NCBI RefSeq assembly: GCF_038025025.1
Contig: NW_027117342.1
Span: forward strand, 1,736,001 to 1,800,000
Length of the DNA: 64,000 bases
Direction of reading: 5' to 3'
Source of the DNA: Phyllosticta citribraziliensis
Lineage: Eukaryota
Position 1 is the stretch's first letter, and each line of letters begins with the position of its first letter. The position numbers and the translations under genes are program-made. The notes beneath the pieces were generated by a model. The model had not been told where the DNA came from. It saw only the letters and a program-made list of their open reading frames with translations, and did not search any database. Of this stretch, positions 23,055 to 33,162 are shown one piece after another.

Positions 23055-24113
23055 TTTGTTTTTGTTTCATTTGCGCCTTCTGTTTTGGGATCGTATAGAG
23101 TAGCGACGAAGAGATTCCATTGTGAGAATAGGGGAAGAAAAAGAGCTGGAATAGGGGCAACTCGCGGCCCCAAACACTGCCCATCCCCCTTGGTCATGGG
23201 TTGACCACTTTGAGAAAGAGAGAGACGATGGTTCGGCACATTTTTTCCCTTCGGACTCGGTCTGTGGCGGTGTACGCATGTTCGTGTGGCTGTGCTCAGT
23301 CAGTCCGGCCGATCGACAAAGTGGCGGTGTCTGTATCCATTTTGTACGATGTGCGGCGCTATACCCATTGGATGAGATGAGTGTGCACTTTTGGCATGGA
23401 CACAAAAGTTCTACTTTTTGTTCAGTTCTTTCTCCATTGTCTTTTTTCCCTACTCGTCGTATTGACCTGCACAGGCTTGTTGGCTAAGGCGGCTGCGTGG
23501 TGGTAGCGAGCATTTTTTGTTTGTTTTGTGTGAGGGTTGTTGAAGTGCGGTTGTATGTGCTTGGACGAGTGGAATGCTGTGGAGTTGAAGAGTTGGAGGC
23601 TCTTGGACGAGAAAAAAGATGATCCTCCTTTCCTTTGCCTTTTCGCCAGTGCTCTGGACTTCGAAGCTGGTCACTCAAGAAGGACGCCCGTCGGCAGTCT
23701 TTAGCAAACCTTGTTTTTCTTGGCCTTGGGACAGACGGGTCTCTTTTCCGTTTGAATACTTCGTTCTGCTTTGTATCTCTGGACGGTAATCCTATCCAAG
23801 TTTTCGAATCATTACTCTGTATCTTTCCCATGAAAACTTCATTTTACACGTTCTCAGTAAGTCAAGTAAAAAAACCCTTTCCTCCCGTCGACGGTCGGTA
23901 ATTCCAAGCACGTCCGTGATTATGTTGGCTTTAAACCCTTGTTTCTGAGACATGGATCTTTCTCTGCGTTAAGCTTGTTGGTTTAGGTTGCTTGAGTTTC
24001 TCTTATCGCGAACGCCGATTCGGAAAAGCCGCAGAGGTCTCGCAACTACCTTTTTGTCATTCGGTATTGCCGATTCTCAGCGTTGCTTCTATTTATACCA
24101 ATCCACTTCGCTG

Positions 24114-25100
24114 ATGTCATCCTTGAATGATGCTGAGTGGCAAGAGGTCTCGGAACAGAACTTTGAAAATGCACAGTACTCCCTGAAAAATAGAAATACT
24201 CGTACCCCACCCAAAGAAGAACACCAGCAGATACGCAGCAGCGAGACACAGCAGTTTCGGGGTAGTCCATGAGTCCTTTGTGTCACGCATACTTTTCGCC
24301 TCTTTTCCATGGATGAAACGAGAAGTGATCTCGCGAGCTCAACACACTCGCATGTGAGTGTCTATCAAAAAGTCTCGGGATTAGTCACGAAATTAAAGAA
24401 TCCGATAAGCCTTCTTAGGCCGTTGTCCAGGTTAAGTAATATAGCTGCGTTAGACTTTGGCCCTAGTTCCTCCCCTGTAGTATGATTTGTGTTTACTTTC
24501 TTATGTACATAACTTGGGAGGTTGGACTCTACTCAAAGGTGCCCTGTCAAAAAGCTTGTCCAAGAGGTCTCGGAAAGAAGTCGGAATGACGCACCGGAGG
24601 CAGACGAAGACGATCATCCGGCTTCGAAAGTTACTCTCTTGGGCCTTTATCTTTCAAAGGCCGAGGGTCGCGTTCCTGGAATCGCAGCGCACCACGCCAG
24701 CAGTAACATCTGCGTTGTTGGATTTCAATGGTGCAGACTATGTAGTTCCCTCCAAAGGAAGAGCGGACTGTTTTCACTCTTGCAAGGGGTGTTTATATTG
24801 AAGTGTCGGGGAGCGAAGATATTGAAAGAGGGTTTCTTGTGCTTTGTGAATAAGTCAAGCACAGGAGGAATTTCCATTTGAATCCTCAGGTGTCTGCCTG
24901 TCGTCATAAGAATCGCACGCAGGACCGCGCGCGCGCGAAGTGTGAGAGGTACGCCCCTGGGTCACGTCTCCAACGTCGAATCCATCAATTTCTCGGCCAG
25001 AACGAGGGAAATCCTCCGCTGGGACACCAGCATCATGGCAAAAGAATTCCTGCAATTATAAACATCTGCGAGAGCTTCCCCAGTACACAGTGACAAGGCG
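24114..25100 (+). pseudogene. Possible decayed multi-exon orphan gene
   Basis: ATG at 24114 (MSSLNDAEWQEVSEQNFENAQY...), intron-like GTGAGT and YAG signals, and protein-like fragments broken by stops. No single intact spliced frame found. Confidence 0.3.
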
Positions 25101-25106
25101 CGAAAC

Positions 25107-25189
25107 GGGTTAGTGGTGTAGTGGTAACGCATGCCCGCGGCACACGTCGCTCCGCCGGCAAGTCTCAGGTTCAAGTCCTGGCCGACCTA
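25107..25189 (+). tRNA. tRNA-like Pol III gene or tRNA pseudogene with an aberrant anticodon arm (nominal anticodon position GGC)
   Basis: Acceptor stem GGGTTAG/CCGACCT plus A, D-arm GTGT/ACGC, A-box TGGTGTAGTGG, T-arm TCAGG-TTCAAGT-CCTGG (B-box) and a T5 terminator at 25197-25201. The anticodon loop lacks U33 and carries 12 extra nt. Confidence 0.75.
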
Positions 25190-25445
25190 GAGGCCCTTTT
25201 TGCTTGTTCTTTCTCTTTTGTTCCCCTTTCTTGTCTGCCGATTATTCGCCAGCGACAATTCAATCCTTGCGAGGGTTTGTTGGTGAGGTGGATTCGTGCG
25301 CTTTGGTTGGGGGGCTCCTGGTTATGGTTGACCGAGTTGGAGTCGCATTTTGATTCGGTTGGGGAATTGAGCACGGGTTAAGGGGTAGCGAGGGGATGTC
25401 ATCGAGATCTTTTGTGTTCAGCTTCTTTGTTTTCAGGATGTACCT

Positions 25446-26463
25446 CTAGAAAGTTGCGAATCCTCCGGCATGGTGAGTGTCGGTGTTGTCAAATAATATT
25501 ACTCGTTTTCGAATGGGATCGACAATGCCAACAACTTCTCTGAAACAAGCCTTTCTTGAAGGCAATGAAGGTAGACTCCAGCGCCGACAAAAAGTGTGAC
25601 TGACTAGCACTGAACATTCCAGACAAACAAGACAGGTGCGCGTGTGCATAGTTATACGGTGGAGTTTGGACAATGCCAAAGCCCACCTACGCTTTGCTCG
25701 CAGCTTGACCAACGGACTCAGCAGGGCGAAGATGGCGCTTCATATACGCCTCTTCCGTGCTCCGTGCTTAAGCGCTTGGGTCAAGGCAGAAATCATACGC
25801 CTAGTGACGATGAGCGGACCAGCACTCGTGATCCAGCTGGGTACCTTACATGTTTTCGCGTGTAGTAGTGGTCAAATAAATGGGACTGTGGTCTTGCTGC
25901 CGTACTGGACGACAGCTCCTTAAGCATGACTATTCTCGCGGATGAGTGCTCCCTGAGTGTTAGCTGTAATGACGGATAACTACTGTACTTCCTAAGCGTA
26001 GCTATGATGGCAGACGACTGCTCCTCGAGTGTAATTGTAAAATAAATGACTGCTCCCAAGGCGCAACTCTAGCCTTAAATCAAAGCGCTCTGCATGCAGC
26101 CGCAGTATTAGGAGGTTTCATTTCTTTCGACAGCGATTGTGGTAGGTCTCCAAGCAGGCACACGTCGAGGAACCTGGTGTGGAGGTATAGTATCTACCAA
26201 AATCTGCTGCTGTGAGTAATCGATGGACGCGCGGAAAAGAAATCGGCTGTTTTCTTTTTGCATCCGTGGAGGTTTTGATTTTCTTTCTAGTCGCCGCAGT
26301 TGAGCTTTTGACGCAGCATTAACCGGAGCGGAATTGCTCATATTTACACCTGGATGACCTACGCGTTCTAAGCACTTCAACGACTTTCAAGGATTAAGAG
26401 GAAATTATGAACTCACAACTGTCATTGAAAAGTTTCCTCTGCTTCAAGCAGAAAAGCCGCCAT
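25446..26463 (-). pseudogene. Possible decayed gene or mobile-element relic
   Basis: Collinear minus-strand ORF fragments (26108-26380, 25793-26059, 25446-25712) with a GTGAGT...TTAG intron-like segment near 26368-26416. AT-richer than the flanking genes by eye. Confidence 0.25.
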
Positions 26464-28185
26464 CAACCATAAAATCTGCCTGTCAGGCAAGCAATAAAGC
26501 AAGTCGAGGCATCTCAACAACCACCCCACGACACCCCACACATCTTCCCGCAGAAATTCACCCAGAACCCCGCAATTTCGCTGTCGTTGTAACTTGCCGC
26601 TGTCAATATTGCGCCGTGGAACGGCCAAAGCATCACGACGCGCATGCATGCAGCCCCTGGTACATGCGTAAACACGCAACAACGATGCACGGCAGGCGCG
26701 AGCAGATGGATCAGGAGATGTTCTGGACGACGCACACGGGCAAGCCAGGACATTGTGCATGCGCTGTCGTCTTGTTGGGCAGTGGCGATGAATGGCGGGG
26801 GCTGGGCTAGGCGGGGCTGAGTGCAGCACGGCAAGACGTTGTTGCCATTGTCGGTATTGGTAGGTTGTAGCGATCGAGATGACGTCTGGCACAAGATGTG
26901 GGCTTTCGGATAGACAGGGAGCTTCCAGGAGCTTTTTTCAGCTTTTCAACCCGATTGATTCGGTATTTGGGTCAAGCAGATAGACAAGCGAGAGCGAGAC
27001 TACCCAAACCATACCAGGTGCCCGCACACCAGGCGTAGTCAGGAGCTTCCTCCAACCGACCCAATCCCATCTCCGCCCAAGTCTTTCCAGACTCTGAATG
27101 ATTCCCTCCATTCAATTCCATCCATCCAGAGAAGCAGCCCTCGATGCCAAGACGGAGATACATACACAAAAGAGTCCCTGATTCCCTCCATAGCTGACCA
27201 GTTCGCTCGCTGGTTGTCAACCGCATCTGCAAAATCAGTCGCCGGTTCGAAAAGGAAAAAACAAAGACAGAACAGACGAAAAGAAAGCGCGGCGACACCA
27301 TGCCCCGTGTCAAGCCGCAGAAGATAACGCTCAGGACGCAATGACAACCCATCGCGCCGCCCCCGCATGTTCGTCCCCACAAGCGGCATCGCATCGCATC
27401 CACCGAAGGGGTCCGATGCCGCGCACTCTAATGCTCGGTCTGATGGCTCCAACTTCTTTCTTGAGAAAGTGGGAGTGCAGAGAGAAGAGAAACAAGATGG
27501 CTAAAAACCAAATCAACGCGTCGCTAGTCCAATCGCCCATGACATGCTGCAGGAGGGATCAAGCCGCCAAGAGTAGAAGTCCTTGACGTTTTTGAGTGGG
27601 AAGTGGAACAAGGCGGAGAAAAGAATAAGGAAGAAGCAGAAAGTAAAAGGTGTGTCCCAGAGAAAGTTGGTTGAGACTCCATGGGTCGCCATTGAGTGAC
27701 CTGGTTCATGGCCTCAGCAAAAGGAGCTGTACATTGGGTCGGAAGCTTTTGAGTCCAGACAAGTTGTTTGGACGGCTGAAGCAGATCAAACGAGACACCA
27801 CGATATGCGGTGGACGTTGGCCCAACCCGCTCGAAATCGGTGTAACGAAAAAAGTGAGGCCTATTTTTTGCTCCGTCGGCGACACCATCAATCACCCACG
27901 GAGCGACGGATGCAGGCTCAACCCATCCACCAGCTGATGTACAAGCCTGAAAGGTTCTTCAAAGTCTCTGCCTGGAAGTGCATGCTTTCCACTGCACTTG
28001 GTTCTGTTTGGAGGTGTCAAACCCTTGGTGTTTGATGTAATCGTCCATGTAGTGCCAGTACTTTCTTTGCCGACCGTATGATGGTTGTCGTCATCCTTCA
28101 CCAAGGGTGTAGAGTTGATCAACTGGAGCAGCAGAGGTTGAGATGTTGTTCATGAAAGCCGCTATTCCCACGGCTGATGCTCGCT

Positions 28186-31100
28186 CTACTCTGGTTGGCT
28201 GGGATCGAAGACCTTTTGCATCTCTTCAATGTCCTTGATTGTGTCATTGAAAGCCACCATTGCGCTCTGCAGAACAATGTTGCGGTTCCATTCGCCGCGA
28301 ATGTTCCAGATGGCCTGCATGATAGCACTGTTGACTTGCTCCAGCTGCTCAACAGACAAACCTGAGCTACGGCGGGAGAGCTCATCGTGCAGCGTGACGA
28401 GCTGGTCCTCATCAAGGATGAGCTTCGGCGGAGGTTGCTCCTGCGACTCGCTGTTGTTAAGCAAGCTTGAAATGGCCGTTTGCGGACGTGATTGAGGTAT
28501 TGAGGGGGTGGCGAAGTGCGTCTGAGACGACTGAGAAGGCTGGGAGCCCGTGGGCTGGCTGCTGGCAAAGGCTTCTTGAGTGTCGGGGATTTCAGATCCA
28601 CCAGACTGAGCAGGTCCCGAAGCAAAGTCGGGATGTGCTCCAGAGCCAACACCATTGGTGCTCTGAGTATTGGTAAATGGCGCCGACGAGCGATGAGAGC
28701 GATCCGAAGTCTTTTGACCGGATGTTGTTGTTGATGCGCTATTCTGATAATCGCCGGGCTGTGTGCCTGCCGCCATTTGAGTGTGACCAGAACGCTGGGA
28801 GCGATTGAAGCCTTGGCTGCCTTGAGTGCCCTGGGTACCCTGGATATCCGGGCCGCTGTGCTCATCGAGACGCAGTCGCTTGTCGCGATGTTGCTCCATT
28901 GTCGAGGAGTCTTGTTCTTGACTATCCTCGCCACGAGTCTCGTCAGTGCCGCCGCCGCCGGTGCCGTTGCTTTCGCGCTGTCGGTCTTCAACAGTGACAC
29001 CATTGGATAGCGGGCTCGGGCCGATGCGACGCGTAGGCGTTACAGGTAGCCGTTGCTGTCCAGGGACATGCTCCCCAAGCACGATGGGACCAGTGCTCTC
29101 AGTCTCTGGCTGCGAAGGCCCATGGGCGGGAGGCACATTGGCCCGAACTTCGGCGACCTCTTGACCGTTGGCTCCCGCGGCTCTGGCCTTCTCTTCAAGC
29201 TTCTTGAGGCGTTCCTGCTCTCTCTGGTAGACCTGTTCACAGGCAGCCCACAATTCTGGGTCTGCATACTCGAGCTTGGATATGTCGACTTCCACATTGG
29301 TCAGGATCTCGTTCGCCTTGAGGACCCTCTCAACATCGCCCAAGTTCTTTGCATCCCTGGCAAGCTTGTGAATGTCGTCCAAGAAGTCTCTGGGCCTCTT
29401 GTAGTACCCGTTTGACAGACGTTCCTCTATGCCGGCAAGGTTGAGATTGTAGTAAAACTTCTTGGTAGCTACTTCCAGCAGGCCCTTCTCGCCATTGCGG
29501 TCGTATGCGAGCTCAAAGGGCCGATCTCCGGTCAAGCGCATCTCATCCGGCACATCGGTTGTGAGGATCTCGGGGTTTTCTTCCTCGTAGAGATACCGGA
29601 TCTGACTGTCGTCAATGACAGAGTTGCGAAACTTGCGGTACTTTTGTTTGAGCTGTTCCATAATGGGCTGGATAGCAATCTTCAACAAGTTCAAGATATG
29701 GCGGTCTCGCTTCTTGAGCGCCTTTAGCTCGTCCTTTGAGGGAGCCGGAGTGGGAGGAGCAGCAGGTTCCTCAGCCTCAGCCAGTTCTTCAAACTTGCGC
29801 TTCTTGCGGTTGGTATCTGGGAATTCCTTTGGCGATTTGCGAATATAGGTGACGACGTTGTCAAAGTACTCTTTCCGCGCACTCTCGTCGGGGCGTTTCA
29901 GCTCGAACTGGTTCTTCAGCGAGAAACCAAAGAGATTCCGAACCATCTCTGGGTCTGGTCTGTCATCGTGGCTCAGTTGCTCCATCGTGCCAAGGACAAG
30001 AACAGGATCGGTTGCTGGCATAGTGCGAAGCAGGCCGGTGAATGTGGTTATGACCTCTCTGCTGACCGTCGAATACCAGACGTCGACGTTTGGAATGTAA
30101 ATGACAGAGGGCTTGTGGCGGCGGACCTCTTTAAAGAGCTGCACCAAGGTGGCCTCCGGTGAGCTGCCAGCCTCACCCAGCAGGTTTGGCAAATCGAACG
30201 ATTGCACGTGCATGCCCTCGAACTTGTGCAGCAGTGCTGCTCCAATGTCTTGCTGTCCCATGCCCACGGATCCACGGATGAGAAGTCGTGGGCGGAAGAC
30301 CCTGCCGTTTTCAAAATCGCGACGGAGGTTTTCACGCTCGAAACCAAAGTTGTCATCTCGATCATCGTATTGCGCCTCCTCCAGTGCCGTCAACTTTTTC
30401 TTTGGGGGGATTACCTCATCGATGACACGCACAATGTCCATGAGCTGCTGACGCAGCAGCGGCTCTTTGGTTTTGGACAGTGGCGCAGCACCGACACTGG
30501 TTGACCGCTCCGAGGACGGGACAATCTTGTCCAACGATATCATAAAGTCCTTGGCCGAGACCTTGATCTTGTCGACATCAATCACCAGCTTCTTTGAGGA
30601 CTGGTAGATTTGCGGAAATGTTCCTTGCACTGCATTCACCGCGGCTTCGGTGCAAAGTGCCCGCAAATCAGCACCACCGTACCCCTTGGTTACATGAGCT
30701 AGTTGATTTTTGAAGTTGTCGTCGAGAGGCGGGCTCCAATCCTTGGTGTGAATGTCAATAATGGCGCGACGGGCGTCTGCGTTGGGTAGAGGGAAGTAAA
30801 ACTCGCGGTCGAAACGACCAGGACGACGAAGGGCGGGATCGACAGAGTCGGGACGGTTGGTAGCTCCAATGACTACTACCTGGCCACGATCATCCATGCC
30901 GTCCATCAATGCGAGGAGGGTGGCGACAATGGAAGCGTGGATTTGCTCCGATCGACTGGACCGCACAGGCGCGATGCCGTCAATCTCGTCGAAGAAAATG
31001 ATACTCGGTTGGTTCTTACGCGCCTCCTCGAACAACATGCGCAACTGTCTTTCGGCTTCACCGACCCATTTGCTGAGGGCATCGGCTCCCTTGCGCATGT

Positions 31101-33162
31101 AGAAGGTGACCTTTTTGCCACCGTTGGCACTGACAGCATTGGCAAGAGCACGAGCGAGGAGAGTTTTACCAGTACCGGGCGGGCCATGGAATAAGACACC
31201 ACGTGGAGGAGTCGTTTTGAACTTGCGGAAGATTTCTGGATACGTAAGAGGCAGGGTGACCATTTCCTTGAGCTGGTTAATGTGATCTTCCAATCCACCA
31301 ACGCTGTCAAAGGTAATGTCCTGGTTGACGCTGAGCGGGTCAGTGTCGGCGAGCTGTTTCCTGGGATTGATTTTGCCAAAGTCCGCTGGTCCTCCACCAA
31401 ATCCCTTTTGTGCATTGTCCTTGGTGGGCACGAGCAAACCTCTGCCGTCTGGCGTTTTGCCGATAGCACCAGCCATACCGGACGGAGCTGCTTGGCCACC
31501 ACCAACGTCGTCGTCACTACTGTCAGAGTCGAATTCGCCAAGAGGTTCTGCCCGAGAAGGGCCACCAAGCAGAGGAGGGCGGCCACCGATGCCACCAAAG
31601 GGCCCTTGAACGGAGAAGAGCGGACGCCATCCACCAGCCGTCTTGCGACCGCCTCGGTTGCGGGAAGGAGTCGCCATGACTGCATCAGCTGCCTCTTCAG
31701 CAAGCTCATCTTGCTGCACGATGTCCTGGAGGTTGGCAATCTTGTAGTCGACCTTGGAGACACGATTGCGAAGCCTGGGCGCGTGGTCAAACACAATCTT
31801 GGCCTCGGGACGCTGGCGAAGGCGTTCGCGACGGTTTCGTCTGTTTTCCTTGGCTAGGGCAGCCGCTTCATCAGCAAGCTCATCTTGGTCAATCTCATCA
31901 TCAGAGTTGTTTCGGCGACGGCTTTGCTGTGACGACTTTGCGCGACTACGCCGTGATGATCGCTGTCCAATGCTCTCATCACTCGAGGTCTTTTGCCGCT
32001 TGTTTGGCGGTTCGTCGGAATCTGAGAGCTCATCATCATGCTTGTCGTCGTCTTCGCCAGGTTCGAAATCGCTGCTTTCGGCGGATTTGCGTTTTCGGTC
32101 GTTCGGGCGGTCGAAGGAGCCCTGCAGAGACATAAGTTCGCGTTCAGAAACCCCACGCTTTCGTGTTGAATGATCTACTTTGGCCGTTTGAGTGCGAGTG
32201 CGAGCGATGGGCCCTTCATCGCTGTCCTCGTCTGGCGAGCCATGTTCTGACTCCTTGACGACTTCCTCTTCCAACTCGGGATTTTCATCGACCGGGGCCG
32301 CCGGGGCCGCCGGGGGCGTAGCAGTCTTTTCCTTCTGACCCTCATACTGAATTTCAGATGTAGGAGATGCGGCTCCATGTTGCACTTCCTGATCTTCGTG
32401 TTCATTGGCCTCGAACGATGGACCTGAATTTTCTTGGGACGCTTCCATGATGGTGCTCGGCCGTGGACCTTTCCGACCCACGTTAGGACGTTGAGGTGAG
32501 TTGGACTGAGGTGTCTTGCTGCGGGTAGCTCGACTGTCTCGTCTTGGGTACTGATGAGACTGCTGTGGTGACTTGCTACGAGTAGCCCTGCTGCTGCGCC
32601 TCAAGTTTGGATATTGCAGCGACTGAAGAGGAAGTTCGCGATCCTCAGACAGTCTGGCGCTTCGACGAGAGGGTTGCGATGGTTGCAAAGACTTGCTCGC
32701 CGCTCGGGTAGACCTTCGAGTGGTCCGGCCGGTGGATATCTCGAGAGCCTTTGGAGGGACTCTGAGTCTAACGATTAATTTTGGGGGTTCGGGAGATCCG
32801 TCCTCGATCTCTTCGATGTCTTCCTCGCTCTTCTCCTCGTACTTGACCTGCTTGTTTTTGATGGCGCTCCTGACGGGGCGACCTGTGCGGGGATTCCGCT
32901 CGGCAACCTCTGTTTCGTGCGAGCTGTTTGACTCGTAGGATTTCTCGCTCAAATCCGACTCGTCGTCTTCTACAATATCGCCGTCAGAGTCTCGGTAGCT
33001 GCGACGGACTCTCTTTGGTTGTTTGCTTGAGGATTTGGTGCCCTTGGTCCTGGAGCGATGGCGACGTGGCGGCGACGACGGGTTGTCTTCAAAATCCTCG
33101 TCGTTAGAGTCTGATTTGTTCGGATCGAAGTCTGTAAAGAGGCGCTCCTTGTGCGTAGGCAT
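28186..33162 (-). CDS. YTA7: Yta7/ATAD2-like AAA+ ATPase with a non-canonical bromodomain (histone chaperone)
   Basis: ATG at 33162 (MPTHKERL) and an acidic N-terminus. Walker A GPPGTGKT, Walker B IIFFDEID, SRH ATNRPDSVDPALRRPGRFDRE, a degenerate second AAA module and a bromodomain-like region. Probable in-frame intron 32122-32178. Confidence 0.95.
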   Translation of the reverse strand: MPTHKERLFTDFDPNKSDSNDEDFEDNPSSPPRRHRSRTKGTKSSSKQPKRVRRSYRDSDGDIVEDDESDLSEKSYESNSSHETEVAERNPRTGRPVRSAIKNKQVKYEEKSEEDIEEIEDGSPEPPKLIVRLRVPPKALEISTGRTTRRSTRAASKSLQPSQPSRRSARLSEDRELPLQSLQYPNLRRSSRATRSKSPQQSHQYPRRDSRATRSKTPQSNSPQRPNVGRKGPRPSTIMEASQENSGPSFEANEHEDQEVQHGAASPTSEIQYEGQKEKTATPPAAPAAPVDENPELEEEVVKESEHGSPDEDSDEGPIARTRTQTAKVDHSTRKRGVSERELMSLQGSFDRPNDRKRKSAESSDFEPGEDDDKHDDELSDSDEPPNKRQKTSSDESIGQRSSRRSRAKSSQQSRRRNNSDDEIDQDELADEAAALAKENRRNRRERLRQRPEAKIVFDHAPRLRNRVSKVDYKIANLQDIVQQDELAEEAADAVMATPSRNRGGRKTAGGWRPLFSVQGPFGGIGGRPPLLGGPSRAEPLGEFDSDSSDDDVGGGQAAPSGMAGAIGKTPDGRGLLVPTKDNAQKGFGGGPADFGKINPRKQLADTDPLSVNQDITFDSVGGLEDHINQLKEMVTLPLTYPEIFRKFKTTPPRGVLFHGPPGTGKTLLARALANAVSANGGKKVTFYMRKGADALSKWVGEAERQLRMLFEEARKNQPSIIFFDEIDGIAPVRSSRSEQIHASIVATLLALMDGMDDRGQVVVIGATNRPDSVDPALRRPGRFDREFYFPLPNADARRAIIDIHTKDWSPPLDDNFKNQLAHVTKGYGGADLRALCTEAAVNAVQGTFPQIYQSSKKLVIDVDKIKVSAKDFMISLDKIVPSSERSTSVGAAPLSKTKEPLLRQQLMDIVRVIDEVIPPKKKLTALEEAQYDDRDDNFGFERENLRRDFENGRVFRPRLLIRGSVGMGQQDIGAALLHKFEGMHVQSFDLPNLLGEAGSSPEATLVQLFKEVRRHKPSVIYIPNVDVWYSTVSREVITTFTGLLRTMPATDPVLVLGTMEQLSHDDRPDPEMVRNLFGFSLKNQFELKRPDESARKEYFDNVVTYIRKSPKEFPDTNRKKRKFEELAEAEEPAAPPTPAPSKDELKALKKRDRHILNLLKIAIQPIMEQLKQKYRKFRNSVIDDSQIRYLYEEENPEILTTDVPDEMRLTGDRPFELAYDRNGEKGLLEVATKKFYYNLNLAGIEERLSNGYYKRPRDFLDDIHKLARDAKNLGDVERVLKANEILTNVEVDISKLEYADPELWAACEQVYQREQERLKKLEEKARAAGANGQEVAEVRANVPPAHGPSQPETESTGPIVLGEHVPGQQRLPVTPTRRIGPSPLSNGVTVEDRQRESNGTGGGGTDETRGEDSQEQDSSTMEQHRDKRLRLDEHSGPDIQGTQGTQGSQGFNRSQRSGHTQMAAGTQPGDYQNSASTTTSGQKTSDRSHRSSAPFTNTQSTNGVGSGAHPDFASGPAQSGGSEIPDTQEAFASSQPTGSQPSQSSQTHFATPSIPQSRPQTAISSLLNNSESQEQPPPKLILDEDQLVTLHDELSRRSSGLSVEQLEQVNSAIMQAIWNIRGEWNRNIVLQSAMVAFNDTIKDIEEMQKVFDPSQPE

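Noticed and set aside
24799..25189. Selenocysteine or UGA-suppression system (in-frame TGAs beside a tRNA-like gene)
   Set aside because: The tRNA-like gene has no TCA anticodon or long variable arm, and ascomycetes are not known to have Sec machinery.
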